Origin: Lama guanicoe
Taxonomy: Eukaryota
NCBI GenBank assembly: GCA_013239625.1
Contig: MU053559.1
Span: 1,304,001-1,368,000 of the forward strand
Direction: 5' to 3'
DNA: 64,000 nucleotides
The position numbers and the translations under genes were made by a program. Every line of letters starts with the position of its first letter. Positions within the stretch are counted from its first letter, which is position 1. This document shows, piece after piece, positions 35,295-49,875 of this stretch. Under the pieces are notes generated by a model that saw only the letters and a list, made by a program, of their open reading frames with translations, searched no databases and was not told the DNA's origin.

Positions 35295-35609
35295 CTGTTA
35301 AAAAAAGAAAAAGAGAGAAACTCTGACACATAGTAATTCACAAGTAGTCTCCAAAAGCATTTTTATGATTCACAACAATATATTTAGCCACCCGTTATTC
35401 CTGTTTTATTTCCTATCATAAAAAGGAGTTGCTTGATTAGGTATTTATTCATGGTTCAACCCAATTATTTGCATAGATAATAATCCAACTAGCAACCATT
35501 TACAGCTAACTTGGATTTAAACTTGAATTTATTTCTATCATTTTCCCATCTGTTATGAAAGGGGTTTGAGCTGGATGATTTCTACATTTCTTTTCAGCTC
35601 AAAAGGTCT

Positions 35610-35825
35610 ATCTTTTTTTTCTTGTTTCTTTTTTAATTTCAAGTTTTTGATTTACAACACTATATTAGTTTCTGGTATACAGCACAGTGATTCAGTATAT
35701 ACATATATATTAATATATATATATTTTTCTTTTTCATTACAGGTTACTACAAGCCATTGGATGCAGTTCCCTGTGCTATACAGTAGGACCTTGTTGTTTA
35801 TTCTGTACATAGTGGTTTGTATCAG
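35610..35825 (-). mobile_element. L1 3' end fragment in RGN intron
   Basis: ctggtatacagcacagtgattcag...ttccctgtgctatacagtaggaccttgttg. Confidence 0.8.
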
Positions 35826-36165
35826 CCAGGTCTATCATTATTATCACTGTTCAATTCATTGCCAAAAAAAAGTTAAGAACTTGAAAATATTCTTGTGACA
35901 CCAAAACAATCAATTAATCTTATAAACATATTTCAAACACTGGTTTTCCAAGCCTATTCTACCGATTTATAGAATTTCAACAAACACTGATGAAGCCAAA
36001 AAAAATATTTTTAAGTACTGTACAAAGTAGGCTAGACACATTGTCCTGGACTTCAGATTACTTCAGGTCTAGAAAATTTATAAGATGTTTTTAAATCTAG
36101 CATGATGAGCTTAAAATGCCAAATAGAATTGTGTTTAGGAAGTACAAAGAAGCACTAATCACTCA

Positions 36166-36402
<237 letters not shown>

Positions 36403-36719
36403 CTAGCTCTAGCAAATTTCCAACCCATGCATCATTTCGGGACCCCTTGCGGAGCAATAGGGAGGTTCCAAGGAGATCTGGAGGTCAGAATTCACCGAGG
36501 TATTTCATTTCCCTAACAATTAATTTATTTTGAGCAAAAAGACTTATCTTCTACAGGAAAAAAGTTCCAACCAATAAACTTTGGGCTCTATCTTTGGCAT
36601 TTATTCCCAAAATCATCCAATTGAGACCTTTGAATATATCTCTATATGACTTTATTAGTAATGAAGTTTCTCCAGCCCCTTAAGGTCTGGTATTTTCTAG
36701 ACATAACGGGGATTATTCA

Positions 36720-36914
<195 letters not shown>

Positions 36915-37215
36915 CTACTCAATACTAAGCATCAAACAATAAGCAATCAAGTTGATTATAAATACTGACCACTTCTGCTTATCCACGGTCTGGAATGTGG
37001 GCACTACAGGCAGGATGATTTAGGAGGATTCCTAATTCTAAAAATGTCTAGAAACAGGAGTGGGTAGCCCTCAACAAAGGATTTTTACTGCTGGATTTTG
37101 GGTGGATTCACTCCCTTTAGTTTGGGTACAGACACAGCTGTCTAAGCATTCAGAGAAGGAGACAAAAAAGAAAGGAGAATTCTTTAAAAAAAAAATCAAA
37201 GGATCTTTTTTTTAT

Positions 37216-37305
37216 GGGGGAGGGCATAGCTCAGTGGTACAGCACACGCTTAGCATGCACGAGGTCCTGGGTTCAATTCCCAGCACCTCCATTAAAAAAA
37301 TAAAT
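37216..37305 (+). mobile_element. Vic-1-type SINE
   Basis: gggggagggcatagctcagtggtacagcacacgcttagcatgcacgaggtcctgggttcaattcccagcacctcc. Confidence 0.88.
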
Positions 37306-38401
37306 TTCTTTTTGAGGCTGATCTGAGCCGAAGCCCTGCATGCCCACCTTGGATACACTTCAGTCTGCGGTTAGACCTTGCTATTTTATTTACAAAAATG
37401 CCTACTTTGATTAACTCCAAGATCTAGAAGGCTATGTGAACAGCTCATGCACAAAAACTAGTAAGATGTCTGAGTTCTGTTTCTGCCTGACTAACTGCTC
37501 CAAGATCATCTTGTCAAAATTAATATTAGAAGAGCTCATTTCTGAAAGGTATTCCAAAACCAGCTGGATGACCTTAAAGGGGGAATCATAATAGACAAGA
37601 AATAAACATCAAAATCCAAAGGAAATTTATACTACAAAAGCCAGGTCATTACAGTAACCAGATTGAGGTATGATGGAAAAAAAATGTTAAAACCTCATGT
37701 AAGTAAAATGGGTAAAAACAGTCATGAAAAAGAGCGCTACATATTTCAAAGCAAAACATCTGTGTTGGAATAGTTTGCCTCTGATTAAATCTACATGGAA
37801 GTCTTACGATTTTTTTCCACGTCATTTTTCTGATTGGTTTTGCTCCTGTGGTTTGGCAACTTTCATGAAAGTTTCAAGCACTCCCTTCTAACTTCGTCCC
37901 AATAATTCCTTCCCTCCCAGTTTCTAACCATGGCTCATTCAGAGCCCACTGATGGAGTTGAGCAATCTGTAATTACTTTTTTTTCCTTTTCCATTTGGAA
38001 AGGTTGTTAACTTGTCTTTGAGTACTTGCCTAGAGTTAACTAAATTATGAATAAGAAATATCAACCCTGAAGTCTAATTTTTTATTCTTTTGTCCTGTTC
38101 TGCTGTATATTATTTTGTCTTGAAGCATCTGTTGGTAGAACAGGACCCATTTTAAAGTCAGCCTCTTTATAGTGAGAGTTGCAAGAGAGAGGATTAAGGA
38201 GCTGACCATATTATGCCAATTGTGGTCAAACTGAGTTGTGTTGAGAGCCATGACGTGACAGGTGGCATAGCCTGTGTAATCATTACAATACTGGAATCAT
38301 AACATTGGACAGTTCTCTATTTGACAAATAAGGATTGTTTCACATGGGTTGGGGAGAGGCAACTTACTAGTCACATACATATGAAAAAAAAAATACCAGC
38401 A

Positions 38402-38820
<419 letters not shown>

Positions 38821-39199
38821 TTAGCCACACAGCATCCCAACTACACACTGTATCGTCTTCTTTCGCCAAGGCTCCTTCCCCATGATGAAATCAAGTAAAT
38901 TATTATGTAGTCCCAATCTGGGTCCTATGGGTTTTTCCCCCCCCAAATGACAACTAACCTTGCTTATAATGCAAATTAAAACTACCCTGAGAGGGTCTGG
39001 TTCCAGACATCTGCACCAACCTCATTTTCTCCCATTGAGCACAACTCTTAAGATCTGGGCAAAATGCATGGTGTAGCTTAGCTATTTGAGAACTCGGACA
39101 AGTCGGTGTCAGGCAGCTCAGAGAAGAACACAGAATTTGAAGTATCACCTAACTGGTGGCGAGTTCTCCATTTTTATCCTCCAGTCTGTCCCAGCCTGA

Positions 39200-42060
39200 A
39201 CTCAATCCAGCCTGAAACTTGGAAGTGAGCGCTGTAGTGCAGACAGAGAGCGAGCCAAGAGAAACCCTCTCTATCTGGCTCAAGGAGCAGAAACGCTCCT
39301 GAGGCTCAGGGAGAGAGTGGAAGAAATCCCCTGGTTATTTTCCACTTCTTTTTCTCCAGTTTCTCATGCACCAGTCCCCAGGCAATTCTGCAGCCAGGGT
39401 AGCAAAGGGAGGGAGGGGGCCCGCGACAGGAAACTACAGGAATCAAAACTCTGAGGGAAGGGGACATTCCTCTCTATTCAGTGAAGCTTCAGGGATGAAA
39501 GGGCAGAGTCAGACACTGTTGCTTTCATGTTTTCTTTCTCTTTCTCTCTCTCTCTCTCAACTCCTGCCAGGGAAGTGGGTGGTTTCTTGCTGGAGGAATG
39601 AAAAGGAGAGCTCCAGGAAATTGGAAAGTACTAGAAGATAGTGAAGAGGGACATTGGTCAGAAAGACAACCCTGTAAAGCTGTTTGTGATCTCTTGGGCT
39701 CACTTCTGCTTGTATATGCTTGGATCTGATTATAATTAGCACACCAAAGACTTGGAAAACGTAGCTGATGGATAGAACTTCTTCTAGGTCTCAGACTGAC
39801 CACTGCGTGGCACACACGTGGGACAGATCCTAATGGCACCTAATAGAAAGCAGGTGGGAACTTGTGGTCTGAACCTAAACATACAGATTACTTACTAAAA
39901 CAAATACATCAACGTTCTCCATAGGATTTAAACAAGACTCAGCGTCCCATAATGTAACAGTCAAAATGTTCAGGATACAATCCAAAATCACTTGGCAACA
40001 CAAAGGAGCATGAAAATCTCAACTTGTGCAGGAAAAAGAATCAACACACGCAGACGATGAGACAGCACAGATGTTGGAATTATTTGACAAAGACCAAAGC
40101 AGCTCTGATGAAAATGCTCAAATGAACAATTTGTAAAGTCTTCTTAAAACTCCAAATGGCAGCAAAGAAGTGGAAGATATAAAGAATACCCAAGTGAAAA
40201 TTTTAGAACTGAAAAATAAAATCAATGAAATAAAAAAAACCACTGGATGGACTCAATAGCAGAATAGAGATGACAGAGGATACAGTCAGAGGCTAGATCA
40301 ATAGAAATGATCCAATCTGAACAATGGAGAAAATAGACTAAAAAAAAAAAAAGAACAGAGCATCAGGGACCTGTAGGATAACAATAAAAGGGCTAACAGA
40401 TGTGTCATTGGATTCCTAGAGAAGAGGAGAAAGAATACAGGGCCAAAAAATATTTGAAGAAGTAATGGCTCAAAACTCTCCAAGTTTGGTGGAAAGCACA
40501 AAACTATAGATTTGAGAAGCTGAGTAAATCCCAAACAGGATTAAAAACCCAAAGCAACCTACACCTAGACACATCATAATCAAATCTCTGAAAACTGATG
40601 TTAAATAGAAATCCTCGAGATCAATGAAAGAAAAATGACATATTACATCTAGGAGAATAATGATTTCAATGAGTGTTGATTTTTCATGAGAAACTGTGGC
40701 AGTCAGAAGGAAGTGACCTTTTTAATTTGTTGAAAGAAAAAAAAAGTGTCAACCTAGAATTCTATATTAAGTGAAAATATCCTTCAAAAATGAAGGTGAT
40801 ATAAAGACATTCTCCTATGAAGTAAAACTAAGAGAATTCATAGCCAGCAGACCTGTCCTAAAAGAATTGCTAAAGGAAGGAATAATAGAAAGAGTAAATA
40901 TTTGAGTAAATATCATAGACTATTCTTCCCTTTAGTGCTTTAAAATATTTCTGATGATCGAAAGCAAAAATTACAGTTTCTGAGGGGACAGGGTATAGCT
41001 CAAAGTGATAGAGCACATGCTTAGCGTGCACGAGGTCCTGGGCTCAATCCCCAGTGCCTTCTCTAAAAATAAATAAACAAACAAACAAACAAACCTAATA
41101 CCCCCCACCCCCAATTTTTTTTAAACTAAAAAAATGTTTTTAAATGTTAAAAAAATTACACTTTCTCATTGGGTTTTCAATCTATGTGTATAAAGACAAC
41201 TCTAACATAAATGAGTGATTACCAATTAAAGTGGTAAAATATTGGCTCTAGATAGACTGTGAAAAGTTAACCATACATTTTGCAATCCCTTCAGGAACCC
41301 TTACAAATCTATACAGAGAGATATAGTGAAAAATCACAATAAATAAATTAAAATTGAGTTCTAAATAATGTTCAAATAACCCCCAAAAAAGTCAGGAAAG
41401 GGGAAACAGAGGAACAAAAAATACAGAGGGAGAGAAGAGAAAACAAATAGTAAAATGGTAGATCTAAGTCAAAGCGTATCAATAATTATATTAAGTGTAA
41501 ATAATCTAAACACATCAAGAAAGAGATTGCCAGAATAAATTGTTTTTGAAAATAGAACCATACACTGCCAACAAGAAACTCAGTTCAAATATAATGATAT
41601 AGGTAGCTTAAAAGTAAAAGAATGGAAAAAGATGTATCCTATGCAAATGTTAAAAGAAAACCGCGTAGAGGCTATGTTAATGTCAGACAAAATAAAATAG
41701 ATTTAGAGGGAAGAAAATTACCAGAGGTAAATAGGGGTACTAGATACGGTGAAAATGGTCACTTCACTAAGGAGACATAATAATCCTAAATGTTTATGTG
41801 TTTAACAACAGAGCTTCAAAATATGCAAAGCCAAAGTCAGGACTGAAAGGAGAAACAGACAAATCCATAATTACGGTTGGAGACGTCAGCATCCCTCTCT
41901 CAATAACGGATACAAGTTCGTAGAAAATCAGCAAAGAAATAGCAGAACTGAACACCATCAACCAACTGGATCTAAGTGACACTTATAGAACATCCCATTC
42001 AAAGACAGCAGAAGATACATTCCTCTCAAGTGCCCACGGAATAGTCACTTAGATAGACCT
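39200..42060 (+). mobile_element. Old L1M 5'/ORF1/endonuclease remnant, related to the 29.8-34.7 kb element
   Basis: 39895-40000 aligns by eye with 30205-30310; ggagacgtcagcatccctctctcaata is endonuclease-region text. Confidence 0.8.
40982..41150 (+). mobile_element. Vic-1-type SINE nested in L1
   Basis: tRNA-like head; flanked by AAAAATTACA(G/C)TTTCT direct repeats. Confidence 0.88.
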
Positions 42061-43249
42061 GAGTGTGATCTCAGGGGACAGAACAGATTTTTGACATCCT
42101 GAAGAAACTGGAAAGCTCATTTACTATACTGTGCTCCATTGGAAAGAAGAATGAGTCAGAGGAAAATGGACTGAAACTTGGAAGCCTGAATAGCAAGCAA
42201 GACAGGATAAATCCTCCCTCCCTGTTTTCTGCTATAAGGCAGTTGGGTTTGTTTCATTAATATTCTGGCCCTGTTCACTCCCTTCCCTGCTATCTGCCTT
42301 AAGGAAAAGAGATGCCTGGAATATGAATGTGAATACCCCGCTGCTTGGAAAGGGCTCTTCCATGGTGTGAAGGGACAACCTGGAGCCCTGGTTTATGCAT
42401 CATTATCTCATAGTGAGCCCAGACAGGTGAGGCCTTGGGTGTGGGGACACCTTCAGGGTATTACCCAAGACTGAGAGACGCCACCTAGATGATCAGATGA
42501 CCCCACCATTTTCTGGGCCATGGACAGCGCTCAACGTCTGCTGAAGTCTATGGGCTTGCTCTAGAAAGAGGTTCTCAGATGCTTCTGACAGATGCAAAAT
42601 GATGCCTACAATTTTAAGGGGTCTCAAGAGGGCACAGGTTAAGAACTAGGGACTCCAGGCTAAGAACTCAGGCCTCTGACATTTTAATTTTGTCTTACCA
42701 AGAGCCACAGAGCTGTAAACTTCTAGTCATAAGGGAGAGAGAAAATCAATTTCAACAGGAGGTAGGGTATCCAATCATATTTCTTCATCCCGCATTCATT
42801 ACTGGCAGAATGGCTTCCAACAGATTCTCACCTCTAATCTTTCAACCTGTCCTGGACTATATCTTTGGTTGTTTAAAGTCCAAGCAGGTGGGAATCAATC
42901 CACAGCCAGCTGCCCAGATCTCACCTACCTTCCGTGTTGAAAGTGAATGGAGCCAGGACAGCATGGCTGATGATGTGAGGGGCAGAATGGGGAGGTGGAA
43001 ACAGCAGGGATTTAGAATCCACTTTGGCTAACTACAGGGTTGTTAGGATGGGAGGTAAATGAGAATTCAATGTGAAATGCATTATTTCATTTCAAACTAG
43101 AATTAAAATTCATTTAAAGCTGTATATGTCATTCTGTAGCCATCATAATAAAGATGGCTTCAGGCAAGAATCATCAAGGAATGGAAAACCTAAGGGAGAA
43201 AATTGATGAGGACCAGGATCCTTGCTTGGACTTCAAGTATCTCCCCACA

Positions 43250-43740
43250 TTGCAGCCAGCCTCCTGGATGGCCCCTCATGGTCCCTGCCTCCCAGTATTT
43301 ACACCCTTGTCTAGTCCCCCCTCCATAACTGTATGACCAATGGCACATGGCAAAGTGATGTTATGTCACTTCTGAGATTGGTTATGACTGTAGCTTCCGT
43401 CTTGGGTGTCCTCTCTCTCTCATCACTGGCCCTAGGGGAAGCCATGTCCCAGGCAGCCCTCTGGAGAGGCTCATGTGGTAAGAAATTGAAGCCTCCTGCC
43501 ACCCCCCATGTGAGTAAGCTTGGAAGCAAACCCTCCAGGCCCCTTCAGAAACTCCAGATCCTTCCAAGGCTGTAGCCCCAGCCAACATCTTGACTGCAAC
43601 TTCATGACGTAACCTTGAACTATCCAGCTAAGGCACCTAAATTCTTGACCTTCAGAAACTATGTGAGATAATAAATGTTTGTTATTTTAAGCCACTAAAT
43701 CTCAGGGTAATTTGTTACACAGCAATAGATCACTAACAAA
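43250..43740 (+). mobile_element. MaLR MLT1 LTR
   Basis: gccccagccaacatcttgactgcaac...cagaaactatgtgagataataaatgtttgttattttaagccac...cagcaatagatcactaaca. Confidence 0.82.
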
Positions 43741-44490
43741 CCCCACAAAATGCTTATAAATTGCAATTAAAAATAGTAACAATGGAGTGGAGAAATCCAA
43801 GACCTCAACTGGATGATTAAAACTAACATCACCGACGAGGGACAGATGGTATCCAGATGGGATACCCTGAGAAGGACAGAGCATCACCTATGCGGTGATT
43901 CTAGCCATGAACGTAGAGCATCAATCTAATCACCAGGAAACATGAGACAAACACAAAAACATAAGGAACATGAGGAATATTCTATGAACAAAGAGGGGAG
44001 TTGGGTAGGACTGTATTCTTCAAAAATGGCAATGTCATAAAAAAAACACACAAAGAAATGCTATGTCCTGTTCCAGATGAGAGAAGATTAAAGAGAATGA
44101 CAGCTAAATACAACATATAATCCTAGACTGGATCCTGTACTGGGTAAGGGGGATGCTCTAAAAGACATTACCCAGTGAATTGACACAACTGGGATACAGA
44201 TAGTGCATCAGACACAATGACTGTATAACGTTAAACGTCTTTAAGTTGATTACTGTACGGTGGTCATATAAGAACGTGTCTTTTTTTTTCTTGGGAAAGT
44301 CACACCGAAATATTTTAGAGGTAAAGGCACATGATATATACAGCTTATTTTCAAACAATCATAGAGAAAAATGTTTATAAATATTGAGAGAACAGATGGA
44401 ACGAAATGTTGACAACAGGTGACTCTATGTACAGGATTTGTTTGCTCTGTTCTTACCTTTTTTGCCCCTGTAAATTTGAAATTATTTTCA
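43740..44490 (+). mobile_element. Old L1M 3' end
   Basis: atcctagactggatcctg...gaaatattttagaggtaaagg...tgtaaatttgaaattatttt. Confidence 0.65.
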
Positions 44491-44731
44491 ATTGAAACAG
44501 CAACAACAACACAACCTCTATTTAAAAACTCATTGAAACTACCAAAATACTGTACAAATTTTAGTCTGCTAGAGATAGAAATTGAAAGGAATAGCTATGA
44601 AATTTTTCTCATTGATTTTTTTTTTGGATACAAGTGACTCAAGTAGTTAGTTATAAGAGAAGAACTCAAGACTCATTATGAATAATTCTCTTACCACTGC
44701 AGCTGTGAGACTTTTTTAAGTCCTATTCCGG

Positions 44732-44857
44732 GGGGTGGGGGAGGAGGGCATAGCTCAGTGGGAGAGCGCATGCTTAGCATGCACAAGGTCCTGGGTTCAG
44801 TCCCCAGTACCTCCATTAAAAGTAAATAAATAAATAAACCTAATTACCCCCCACCAA
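44732..44857 (+). mobile_element. Vic-1-type SINE
   Basis: tRNA-like head; TSD AAGTCCTATTC at 44718-44728 and 44858-44868. Confidence 0.9.
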
Positions 44858-44877
44858 AAGTCCTATTCTGGTCTTCA

Positions 44878-45171
<294 letters not shown>

Positions 45172-47023
45172 TCACCTGGCATCTTTAAGGGGATGCAGCT
45201 CTTTTGACGATTGGGAGCGCTCCCTTCTTTCTGTTGAGTAGTGAGGGCTACATCACTGAGTATATTCATTGAGCATGAACTCCATATGCCGTTCTGGGCA
45301 GCAGAGGTTGAAAGATGAAGGAAACCCAATTCCTCTGGAAGCTCCCAGTCTAATGGGAGAAGCAGAGAAGTCAAACCACAGCAGCCACCATACACTGGGG
45401 CAGGCGCCACCGCAAGTTCAGAGGAGAGGTTGCTAATGGGGGTGGGGTGGGAGGGGGAGTGAACCAGAGCCCTAGTCACAGAGCAAGCGATGCTCAGTTT
45501 GCCTGATCTTCAGAAAATTCAGAGACACAAACTGTTTAGTTCCAGCAACTAGATTTTGTGACAGCTCTCTCTCCCTCCAACACAGGACTTGTCTTTTTTT
45601 TTTTTTTAATTAGGACTCATCTTTTTTAAGGGGCTCTCTTTCCTATGTATTGAATTGAAAATTGTTTCTCAAATCCTTTTTGGAAGTAAGCATGATTAAA
45701 AAAATAATAGAAATGTACCTGCAGTGATTAAAAAAATCACTTCATTATACCACATTTAATATATTTAAATTTAAGGTTTTCTGGGTTTAATATTTTTCCA
45801 AGTATAAGAAAACCTCTTATTTTTTAAGTGGAGAGACTGATTACCATGGTGAGGTAATTAGTTCATCAGAATGTGTCTTGAAAACATTCCCTAAGCACCT
45901 ATTCAGTGCAAGATGCTGCGTTCTTTGGGAGCAACTCTTCACTAAAAGCCCTGCACGGAAGTTGACTCAAGCCATTGAATCCCAGGGCAGGTGCAGGACA
46001 CTATTAAGAGGGTAACATTCTCATCAGGGATCCCAACCTGTGGCCTGAGGCTTCTGTTAGCTTTTAAGCTGCTGCTGACGCCACAAGCCCTTTCCATGGT
46101 TTTTTTGTTTTGTTTTTGTTCTGTTTTGTTTTGTTTTTTGCAGAAGAGGGCTAGGAATCTACCCCTAACCTGTGCGTGCTGGGAAAGAGAGACTAGAGAA
46201 GGCGATGGGTCCCTCCTCCCACTCTGACCACAGAGGGTTAGTCACTTCGCCTCTAGCCACAGTCATGTGCCGGGGTTAATTAAAAGCTGTTCTCTCTCAT
46301 TAAAAGAAGAGTTTGATATCATATGATATTTTCATTGCTCTTTCTGGTTTGTTTCACTAGACTGATGATACATCAGAAATTGACACATTGTAACTGACTA
46401 TGCTTCAATTAAAAAAAATGTTTGAAGTCCCCAGTTCTGGGTTGAGAGAGAGAATATCCTAAGGTCACAGGGGTTCCTGGTATCTCTTTCCCATGAATGC
46501 AATAATGAAAATAAACATCTTGATTGCTAGCCAAGCCCCATACCCTTGGGCTATAGAATGTGATAAACCCCTCCTCTGGAAATCCCAGGGTCATAAACAG
46601 AATCACATTCAAATGCACTCGAAATTCCTTCATGCATCTTATCTTGCATAGTGAACAGAAAGTCCTGGTTAATGCTTTATAAGAGCTCTTCTCTGCACAT
46701 TCAAAGAAGGGATACAGCTGTTATTTTTCTGCAAACTAAGGTCTTGGCCTGATCCATGGTAGAGGGCCTTTGCTGTGCCACAAACCAGGTCTCCGACTTT
46801 CAACGCTGTTATTTGAAGGTATTAAGGAAAAATCCTACCATGACTCATCCTCCAAAACAAAATGGAGAATGTTGCCCCAGGACCAGCAGCGAAGAGGATG
46901 GTATTGACCATCCAGAATCTACTCCTGGATCAAAGTAGGGGACACAGAAAAGATGACAAGCCAAGAGTTTTAAAGCATATTCAGTACATTTTACCAAGAA
47001 GGTCCTGGAGGAACGACATATTA

Positions 47024-47482
<459 letters not shown>

Positions 47483-47614
47483 TTAAAATTAGAACTGGAA
47501 AGGCTGGACACTTTCCCCAGATCAGAACAAAATATGTAATGTAACAGGAGGAGACGTATGAGAAAGAAGTAAGAGCGGATAGGCCATAACACAAGAGATC
47601 TTCAGTCAACTTAC

Positions 47615-47718
47615 CAGCACTCTTTTTTTCCCCCAAGCTTTCTTGAAAAAAGAGAGGGAGAGAGAAAGCAACACTCCGAAACCCACACCTTGGCGCTTGT
47701 GACCCTCAGAGAGAGCTG
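47615..47718 (-). other. RGN: Probable RGN non-coding 5' exon
   Basis: Consensus donor CTG|GTAAGT at 47615/47614; TATA-like CATAAA at 47749-47744 about 30 nt upstream of the inferred start. Start is inferred. Confidence 0.65.
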
Positions 47719-47719
47719 G

Positions 47720-47900
47720 CTGTTCAGACAAGGCAAGGCTCCCTTTATGTCAGCATTCTAGCCCCCAGGGCAGGTCAGGGGGCGGGCAGCTCCCTCATTG
47801 GTGGCCCCTCTGGGCGTCTGCAGGGTCACCTTATCCTGCCGCCCTTCCCTATCTGTGGATGTTGTGGGTTGCCTTCTCTGACTGCTCAAAGGCCATAGTT
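47720..47900 (-). promoter_or_regulatory. RGN: Candidate proximal RGN promoter
   Basis: TGCTGACATAAAGGG (MARE/AP-1-like half site plus CATAAA) at 47755-47741; GC box at 47779-47787; DR1/HNF4-like TGCTCAAAGGCCA at 47883-47895. Confidence 0.5.
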
Positions 47901-48599
47901 TCCTGCTCTGCATTTTTCTGAGCTGCATTTTTAGAAATATGCCCACCAGTGGTAATGCACTAAATAGAGCTAACATCCATTTTCAAATTCAGACAGTGGA
48001 AAGGGGGGAGAAAAGGACATTGTAGGGGCATCATTGTAGGAACTGACAGCCCCTCAGCTAGTTCTTGCTGCCTAGGAAGGCACTGGGCCAGTGTGGCAAG
48101 GAGTCTTGAACTCCAGAGGCAGGAACATTCTCTGTTGGTTGTGACTGGGTAACAGGTAGAAGAAAACAAAAACTTACCGGAAAAGAAAAACAGAATCCTT
48201 ACCTAAGAAACCCATGTGGGAGAGGAAACACAGGTAACTTTCAAGAGCCTTCTCTCTTTCCCCAACTCTGCCCTAATGGTGATCAAAATTGCCTGCCTCT
48301 TCATCCTTTTGCCTGACAACTAACTGATTTGAAGTCAGTGGTCCCATGCATGGATGGGTAAATTAATGATAGGGGTAAAAGGGAAAAATAATCTTTGGTT
48401 TAATATTTCCTTCAGTAAACCGCCTTTTTTTTTTTTAAAGAAACTCACAGCTGACATCATCCCCAAATACTGCCTGCTGGCGCCGGAGTATTCGCAATCC
48501 TCACTGGCTGTTAAAAATTGTCAAAGACTCCAAAGATCTTCCTGCTATCAATCTGAGATAAGGCCCAAGGTCACATGCGGGACTTTTGCAATAGCAGTT

Positions 48600-49200
48600 T
48601 TTAATCCCACGCTCCGTCGTGCAAGGCGAGGGTCGGGGGTGGGGAGGGAGGAAAGGGCTGGCAAGTGTCCGTTTTCTGCCCCGGCTTCAGAGAGCACTGC
48701 GAGACGGGGCCGAGGCCCGGAACCGGTGGCCCGGCGGGGACGCAGCGGCAGGTGGCCGCGCTGCGCGGGGATACCGCTGCGGCCGGGGCTCCTGGCACCC
48801 GCCGTTGGCGCGGCTGCGGCCTCGGGTGACTGCGGGGCCCCGGGGAACTGAAGATCGCGCCCGCCCGGTCCCCAGCCCGGGTGGCAGAGAGGGTCGGTCT
48901 CCCTCCAGCCGCGCGGGTTTGGGGAGTTGGCTGTCGCCAGACGGTCCCTCTCCCGGGGAGGGGGTTGGGGGGCGGGCTCAACCCGGACACTCACCAAGCT
49001 GGTGACTCGCAGGCGGCTCGAGGTCAGGTGGCCGAGCAGATGGCCGAGCCGCCCGGGCTGGGGCTGGGGGTGGGGCTGGGGACCGGCACCCCCACGCCTT
49101 CCCCTCCTTCGCGGCTGCAAGAATCCAGCAGAGCCACCCGGGCAGGGCGGTGGGGCAGAGGCTTCGAGCCCAGCGGACCTAAGCCTTGGAGTTTGGACGG
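48600..49200. promoter_or_regulatory. RGN: CpG island upstream of RGN (likely alternative promoter)
   Basis: Dense CpG, very GC-rich, about 1.4-2 kb upstream of the start codon. Confidence 0.8.
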
Positions 49201-49419
49201 ATAGCTAAAGGTTATCTCTGATTTAAACAAAAAACAAAGTTATTAAAATGCCTCACCGAGAGACTGGGTCGAGGGTCCGGTTAAACACAAACAGGTTCAA
49301 AAGGAAAGTTCAAAGCGGTTAAGCAAGTCCTCCCTTTTCCTAATGGAGAAGAGCCTGCTGGCTGGAGGCCAACTCTTGCAAAACGTCTTTGGTGGGGGAA
49401 GAGAAGAGTCTTTATTTGA

Positions 49420-49875
49420 TGCTGAGTGAAGTCAGACAGACTTACAGGTGGAATCTAAAAAATAAAACAAACTAGTGAATGTAACAAAAAAGAAGCAGAC
49501 TCACAGGTATAGAGAACAAACTAGTTACCAGTGGGGAGAGGGAAGCTGGGAGGGGCAAGATAGGGGGAGGGGATTAAGAGGTACAAACTACTATGTATAC
49601 TGTTTTTCTTTTTAAATGGAGTTACTGGGGATTGAACCCAGGACCTCATATATGCTAAGCATGTGCTTTACCGCTGAGCTATACCCACCCTCCATCATCA
49701 AACTACTATGTATAAAATAAATAAGAATCAAGGATATACTGTAAAACACAGGGGATAAAGCCAATATTTTATAGTAACTATAAATGGACTATAACCTTTA
49801 AAAATTATGAATCATGTACACCTGAAAGTTACCTAATATTGTACATCAACTATACCTGTTAAAAATTAATAAATA
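49420..49875 (+). mobile_element. L1 3' end interrupted by a minus-strand Vic-1-type SINE (49600-49698)
   Basis: Perfect 16-bp TSD CAAACTACTATGTATA at 49584-49599 and 49699-49714. Confidence 0.88.

Noticed and set aside
48354..49230. ORFs of 107-190 aa in the RGN CpG island
   Set aside because: Overlapping on both strands, Gly/Pro/Arg/Ala-rich, typical of GC-rich DNA.
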